Positions 59,323-64,000 of a stretch of DNA of 64,000 bases are shown here, one piece after another. The DNA is from a virus: the IMG/VR virus record IMGVR_UViG_3300038366_000033, positions 1 through 64,000 of that record. The stretch is one strand, 5' to 3'. The position numbers and the translations under genes were made by a program. Each line of letters begins with the position of its first letter. Within the stretch, counting starts at the first letter, position 1. Under the pieces are notes generated by a model. It saw only the letters and a list, made by a program, of their open reading frames with translations. It was not told the DNA's origin and did not search any database.

Positions 59323-60012
59323 TTACTGAGGGTCGTCCTCCTCAGCATCCGCCACAATCTGAGCAAACTCAGTCAAATCAGTCTTCCTGTAATGACTGCA
59401 AACATACTCCGCAGACACATACACATCCACGCCTTTCTCACGTAGCTTCTGGGCGAAATAAAAGTCCTCTCCGAGCTTTAATGTACCGTCCTCGTTGTAC
59501 ATGAACTTGAACCATGGAGGCTGCATCTCCTCGAAAATACTTCTATGCACCAATAAACAACCTGTGCCAACTCCGTCGACCCCGATCAGACCATCCTCGG
59601 TCACTTCATCGTTGAACTCGTCGAGGCTGATGCGTCGAAGCTGTCCATCATCGCGTTCTTTAACAATAACTGGATGCGGCACACCCTCTTTCTTGATAGT
59701 TACAGTACCAGAAACAACTTTCTCCCCGTGGTCGACCATCTTCAGGATGTCGCCAGGAGGCACAACATCGTTGTCAATCATCAGCATCCACTCATTGTCC
59801 TCGTCATCAAGAAAGTCTTTCACCATCTTGTTGCGGTTAGCATCAACCGGTTGAAGGTAATTGAAAGAAACTTTCAAGTTGTAGTCGCCGGACTCGGGCA
59901 TGTTCTCCGAGCCGACCTTGTGTATAAAGTTTGCAAGCTCTGCGTTGATTTGTGAAGCCGCAGAACGGTTTGGAATAGCTAAAACTATGTTCTTTGTTTC
60001 GTCGTCCGTCAT
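59323..60012 (-). CDS. GT-A fold (family 2-like) glycosyltransferase
   Basis: NRN..LMIDNDVV (DxD), GTGCLLVHR, GEDFYF. Confidence 0.85.
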   Translation of the reverse strand: MTDDETKNIVLAIPNRSAASQINAELANFIHKVGSENMPESGDYNLKVSFNYLQPVDANRNKMVKDFLDDEDNEWMLMIDNDVVPPGDILKMVDHGEKVVSGTVTIKKEGVPHPVIVKERDDGQLRRISLDEFNDEVTEDGLIGVDGVGTGCLLVHRSIFEEMQPPWFKFMYNEDGTLKLGEDFYFAQKLREKGVDVYVSAEYVCSHYRKTDLTEFAQIVADAEEDDPQ

Positions 60013-60060
60013 TGTAGTATACACTCTTTCGAAAAAATGTAAATAGTTTACGTAATCACT

Positions 60061-60405
60061 TTACTGGATTTCTACATCCCATGTAATCTCCAATGTGTCG
60101 CTCGTCTGAACGTTGACAGTTGAAATAACCTGTCTAGCTAGAAGGTCGTCACTGACGCTTTCGAAAGCAGTAGCTTCCCTGACAGTCGCTGAATTACCTG
60201 TAAAGGTTCCGACTAAAGTCAGTGTGCTGCCGCTTACCGATGCGGTTAGACCTGTTGCAGTATCAACTGTGGTGCCTAGGCTTCCGTCGCCGTCTGAGAA
60301 CGCTGTAGAATCTGAACCGATTCCAACTCCGTCGTAACGATTTCCTCCTGTCCCAGCTCCTATCAGCTTTGCAACGTTGTTTCGAGCTTCGCTTGGTACT
60401 CCCAT
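60061..60405 (-). CDS. virion structural protein (fibre/baseplate-associated)
   Basis: GIGS..D..L..VRE...LLAR..DTLEITW. Confidence 0.6.
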   Translation of the reverse strand: MGVPSEARNNVAKLIGAGTGGNRYDGVGIGSDSTAFSDGDGSLGTTVDTATGLTASVSGSTLTLVGTFTGNSATVREATAFESVSDDLLARQVISTVNVQTSDTLEITWDVEIQ

Positions 60406-60432
60406 ATCTAATTTTTCACCTCGTAGTATTGT

Positions 60433-60645
60433 TTAAATCTTAAATTCCTGTGACTCTACCTGCTTCTCATTACCGTCCTCATCAATCACACGGGCTGTTA
60501 TCTCTCCCTCCATGTTCACATCCTGAAGCAGTCCTGAGGGGGTGTCGCCGTCTTCAAGCTTGTTGTGAAGCTTTTCTAGCAGTTCTATCTTATCCTTTTT
60601 TGGCTTCTCTTCAAAGTTGTCGAAATCTATGTCTTCTTCTGTCAT
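60433..60645 (-). CDS. hypothetical protein
   Basis: ORF in the late operon. Confidence 0.55.
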   Translation of the reverse strand: MTEEDIDFDNFEEKPKKDKIELLEKLHNKLEDGDTPSGLLQDVNMEGEITARVIDEDGNEKQVESQEFKI

Positions 60646-60980
60646 TTTCTTGATGCACCTACCTCGATGTGTCCTTCACCGGCTACGGCGTATCTCTGGA
60701 CATCTTGGATTCTGTATTCCTTATCTTGGAAGACTAGGATGTTACCTTCTTCGATGTTTTCGAACCCTGCGGGTATGTACGCACGCAGATCTCCGGAATC
60801 AAAGTTACCCTCTGTGACCTCCTCTCTTTCGTCGGAAAGGAGCTCAAATACTCCTGTAATCTTCTTTTCAGTTACGGATTCGTCCGCGTCACCGTATCTG
60901 TTAATATCGCTTTTCTCAACGACTTTGAGGGTCGCCCTCTCTTCGCCGGTAGACTTAACTATATCGTCTATATAGCTCAT
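60642..60980 (-). CDS. head closure protein (SPP1 gp16-like)
   Basis: Synteny; beta-rich, EG..L.F..EYRI..V. Confidence 0.6.
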   Translation of the reverse strand: MSYIDDIVKSTGEERATLKVVEKSDINRYGDADESVTEKKITGVFELLSDEREEVTEGNFDSGDLRAYIPAGFENIEEGNILVFQDKEYRIQDVQRYAVAGEGHIEVGASRK

Positions 60981-61014
60981 AAATTAATCTCACATTAAAA
61001 GATTTTCACTGCCG

Positions 61015-61383
61015 TCAGTAATAACTTGCGCTATCACAGGCAGAAATTAAGATATTCTGTGATTTTCCCTTACTGTCAAAATCGTCGTTCAAAAGACCTT
61101 CGGAGTATGCTTCACGTCGAGCCTTATTCCTGAAGTATGATTTGTGTACCTCAATGAACAGCTTTGGTAAGACCTGCGCTATAAATATACCAGCCGCCAC
61201 GGCCGGAAGCTGTCCTGCAGGAACCTCTGTCAGAAAACTCGTCACTGCGGTTGCGGATGCACTTGATAGTATAGATACAACTGTGTTCAAGACTATGCCT
61301 TTATAATCTATTTGATATCTCTTACGAGCCTGTTTGAGCGCCTCTTTTTTCTTCTGTTCGCTAATAGACGCCACCTCCTCCAT
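61015..61383 (-). CDS. two-TM membrane protein
   Basis: Two hydrophobic segments. Confidence 0.55.
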   Translation of the reverse strand: MEEVASISEQKKKEALKQARKRYQIDYKGIVLNTVVSILSSASATAVTSFLTEVPAGQLPAVAAGIFIAQVLPKLFIEVHKSYFRNKARREAYSEGLLNDDFDSKGKSQNILISACDSASYY

Positions 61384-62104
61384 CGTTCATATTGTTCAAT
61401 GCACCTCTGACAGTGTTCTCGTTTTCTCCTGACTGAATAACTTGGGTCTGGTTGATTCGTCTGCGAGTAGCCATGTAGTTCTCTCTCATGATGCGTGCAC
61501 CTTCGGACTGACTGTTGATCGTGACGTTGCCTATGCTGAAGTCCTTGAGCTTGGATGCCTCGATATTCGTGAAGGCGTAGGCGGATGTAAGCTGTGCACA
61601 TGCTGTCTCGATTAGAGGGTTTGGTCCTCCTGTTTCAAAGTCCGTGCCCTCGTAGCCGTCTTGGTCAACAGGTGATAACACGTAAGAAACATAAAGCTCT
61701 CCTTGATCAAGTGCCGTGCCGTCGGCGAGTTCAACTGAGAATCTACCGACCTCTCTATCTTCGAGAACTACGTTTAAATCCTCTACCCTCTTGTCGTCAT
61801 CCTCTATGAAAAATACCTCTAGGTCAGAAGCATTTACTCTGCCGTCATCGTTTTTATCACCGACCTGCAACTCAGATCTGTGAGTTCCCTTGAGGTGAAA
61901 GGTCTTGTTTTTTCCGTTGATATTATTGTCCTTTTCGCTTGACAACTGTTCGAATATTCTCTCGTCCTGACGCTTCTGGTTGATATCCTTGTTGAGCTCA
62001 GAGGTCGCGACCTCATCACGCAAGTCTCTAATCTTCTGATCGCCGATATCCTGTGAGTCTAGGCCAGAAATCAGGCGAACCTTGTTTACCGAACAGTATG
62101 TCAT
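61361..62104 (-). CDS. head-tail adaptor protein
   Basis: MTYCS..V N-terminus; ACAQL..FSIGNVTI. Confidence 0.65.
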   Translation of the reverse strand: MTYCSVNKVRLISGLDSQDIGDQKIRDLRDEVATSELNKDINQKRQDERIFEQLSSEKDNNINGKNKTFHLKGTHRSELQVGDKNDDGRVNASDLEVFFIEDDDKRVEDLNVVLEDREVGRFSVELADGTALDQGELYVSYVLSPVDQDGYEGTDFETGGPNPLIETACAQLTSAYAFTNIEASKLKDFSIGNVTINSQSEGARIMRENYMATRRRINQTQVIQSGENENTVRGALNNMNDGGGGVY

Positions 62105-62105
62105 T

Positions 62106-62393
62106 TTATTCTACCTGCTCAAGTAAAGACTCAGCCCTAGTCTCCCCTATGCCCGAGATATCTGACAGTGATTCAACGTCTGCCTCTTCTACAAAATTGC
62201 TGTAATCTCCGTAAACCTGTCTGATTTCGTCTGCCAGTTCATCACCGACACCTTTCAGATCCTCATATTTTCCGTCGGTGTCAGAGGTTTCAACCTCTCT
62301 ATCGCCATGTATTTTTCGAGCAACCTCTGTGGCTTCTTCAGTTCTACCATCTCTCAGAGCCGAAGCATACTCCTTTTCTAAATCGTGTGTCAT
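62106..62393 (-). CDS. helix-hairpin-helix protein
   Basis: LKGVG..A and ISGIG..RA. Confidence 0.75.
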   Translation of the reverse strand: MTHDLEKEYASALRDGRTEEATEVARKIHGDREVETSDTDGKYEDLKGVGDELADEIRQVYGDYSNFVEEADVESLSDISGIGETRAESLLEQVE

Positions 62394-62449
62394 AGTATTG
62401 TTTTGTGCTAGCTATAAAAAGAGTTTGAAGGGTGTGTTCCCTTTGTGTG

Positions 62450-62707
62450 TTATCTCCTGTCGTCGTTGAAAGCTATGAAGCCGACATCTACATCTGATGA
62501 AGCGCCAGTTCCCAGCGTAAAACCGTTCTGGTCTTTACTGACTACAAAAACGTTTGCGTCAGACTGAGCGGTGGCGACAACTTCAGGCTCGCTTTTCATC
62601 GAACGATTAAAAGCAAAGCTTGTATCAGCTCCTCCGGAAAGAGTTACAGCGCCAGCTCTTAGATTCCTGGTCTGAACTCCTCCTTTGCTAAAGCTTGCAT
62701 CTCCCAT
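62450..62707 (-). CDS. capsid decoration/head fibre-like protein
   Basis: Follows the capsid gene; F...P.VV.T...GFT pattern. Confidence 0.5.
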   Translation of the reverse strand: MGDASFSKGGVQTRNLRAGAVTLSGGADTSFAFNRSMKSEPEVVATAQSDANVFVVSKDQNGFTLGTGASSDVDVGFIAFNDDRR

Positions 62708-62747
62708 TTTAATTTTTCACCTCTTAGTATTGGTTATATTGTGGTTT

Positions 62748-62849
62748 TGGCGTGTACCGTTCGGCCTTCGGCTCGACATTGCCATCCTGATTGGATACAG
62801 GCGTTGACTCCGTGGTGTCCGAGCTCACGCTTTCGCGTCTGGCCGCCCC
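62748..62849 (-). ncRNA. GC-rich multi-stem RNA candidate downstream of the capsid gene
   Basis: GGCG/CGCC ends, CGGCC/GGCCG, ACGC-GAAA-GCGT, GCTCG/CGAGC, ATCC/GGAT. Confidence 0.55.
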
Positions 62850-62953
62850 ACCCAGATAAATGAAAAACGGTCGGGGATAAAGGGTATAGTGGCTTCGCCA
62901 AGAGACTTACGTAGTTTTGCCTCAGGGCGTCACCGGAAAGTCAGACTAGGTTT

Positions 62954-63928
62954 TTACGCCTTTGTCTGAATCAAGCTAAGAGCGTCTGGCTGGACTGTGT
63001 TCGTTTCGAACGCGTGATCGTAGTAGATCCTCTGTGCGTTCTCTTCCCTGTTGTACTGCATGTCCATGTTCGGAAGCTCCTTGTAAGCAAGAAGCGGTCC
63101 GACTGCACGGCCATCAGGTCCTTCTCCAACTAGGTAAGCGAACTCATCTCCTGCGTCATCTCTGACAGCTGCCTGTGTCTTCATAACTGAGACACCTAGG
63201 TACTGTCCAATCTCTCCTTCCATAACTACTTCGTCATCTCCGTACTCGGAAGCGTTTGTGAACTGAGAGTCTTTTCTGAGATCATTAATCTGTGCAGGTG
63301 ATACTATGAGGAATCTTGGTGTGTAGTTATTACGTTCGACGTTCTCCATTGCATCAGCAATAGCTTCAGGTGTAAGCTCTCCTGAGCCAGTCTGATCAAC
63401 GACATTTGCTGCAGGTGTTGCGTCTACAATCTCATCACGGATTGCTAGGTCAACGTCCTCTGCGATCTGTTGAGTTACCGCATTACGCGCTTCCTCAACA
63501 AGATCAATGTTCGTTGTCATCATAGCTTGCTTACTTATCTCGATACCGCCTGAGACAAACGAATCTGCCGTAATAGTTGTCTCAATGGTGTCAAGATTCT
63601 CAAGCTGCTGGTAGGTTCTGTCTTCTCCCTCAACTGACTGTTGATCAGTCAAGTCAAGGTGACCTGTCGTCCTCGGAATCTCCAAGGTGCTGTCTCCAAC
63701 ATCAACAAGGTCATCATAGACTGAAGCAACTCTTTCGAACACTCTTCTTTCTTCAGCGTCTCGAATTACTCTTTCGAGGAACTCAATCGCTGTAAAGTCG
63801 GAAAGATTGTCTCCTGCGTTCGTGGTGGTGCCTGTAGTTGTGGCTCCGCCTGTTGCCTGCAGTTCAGCTACCTTCTCTGAAAGCCTCTGCCTATCTTTGG
63901 CTTTCTTTCCTTTTGCCATTCTTGTCAT
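62954..63928 (-). CDS. major capsid protein (HK97 fold)
   Basis: E-loop-like LEIPR, LIVSP...DLRKD.QF, GEIGQYLGV.V; synteny. Confidence 0.9.
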   Translation of the reverse strand: MTRMAKGKKAKDRQRLSEKVAELQATGGATTTGTTTNAGDNLSDFTAIEFLERVIRDAEERRVFERVASVYDDLVDVGDSTLEIPRTTGHLDLTDQQSVEGEDRTYQQLENLDTIETTITADSFVSGGIEISKQAMMTTNIDLVEEARNAVTQQIAEDVDLAIRDEIVDATPAANVVDQTGSGELTPEAIADAMENVERNNYTPRFLIVSPAQINDLRKDSQFTNASEYGDDEVVMEGEIGQYLGVSVMKTQAAVRDDAGDEFAYLVGEGPDGRAVGPLLAYKELPNMDMQYNREENAQRIYYDHAFETNTVQPDALSLIQTKA

Positions 63929-64000
63929 TGGAACATCATCTCCTTTGTTGCTGAAACTCCGCTATCAGAGTTCATCTGTGAGAAAATCTGGGCGTGAAGT

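Noticed and set aside
41084-62469. Many plus-strand ORFs in the late region (for example 47183-48010, 52702-53376, 57115-57786)
   Set aside because: Ser/Leu-rich antisense shadows of acidic minus-strand structural genes
62748-62849. tRNA or 5S rRNA (starts GGCGGCCA, ends CCA)
   Set aside because: No 7-bp acceptor stem, T-loop or 5S internal motifs
63960-64000. Similarity to 2140-2165 (CAGATTTTC) as a terminal repeat
   Set aside because: Only about 9 bp are identical; insufficient evidence

Overview
A 64 kb segment of a tailed dsDNA virus of halophilic archaea (HK97-type capsid, siphovirus-like tail). Proteins are acidic, promoters have archaeal TATA boxes and ribosome-binding sites read GGTGA. 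An Alba gene, abundant CTAG sites and AGA-rich codon use suggest, by inference, a nanohaloarchaeal or other non-canonical halophile host. Layout: (i) 0.3-2.0 kb, minus-strand Cas4-like nuclease, wHTH protein and a possible TFB-like gene. (ii) 2.2-12 kb, an early or accessory array of small genes separated by about 18 copies of a ~55-bp terminator+promoter element ending in TATAATACCG-ATG, with several unannotated Zn-finger microproteins. (iii) 12-38.5 kb, plus-strand replication, recombination and DNA-modification genes: AAA+ ATPase, Hjc-like resolvase, Mom-like enzyme, two MTases, class I RNR, PD-(D/E)XK nuclease, RadA, helicase-like ATPase and ERCC4 nuclease. (iv) 38.5-64 kb, the minus-strand virion module. 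The most unusual non-coding signals are four self-promoted units with a conserved handle (GTGTGTGTGTCTCACCGAAT..TTCA) plus a variable tail, in two oppositely oriented pairs at 12.1 and 18.7 kb. There are also at least three further structured RNA candidates. All calls are from reading motifs by eye; no database searches were run.
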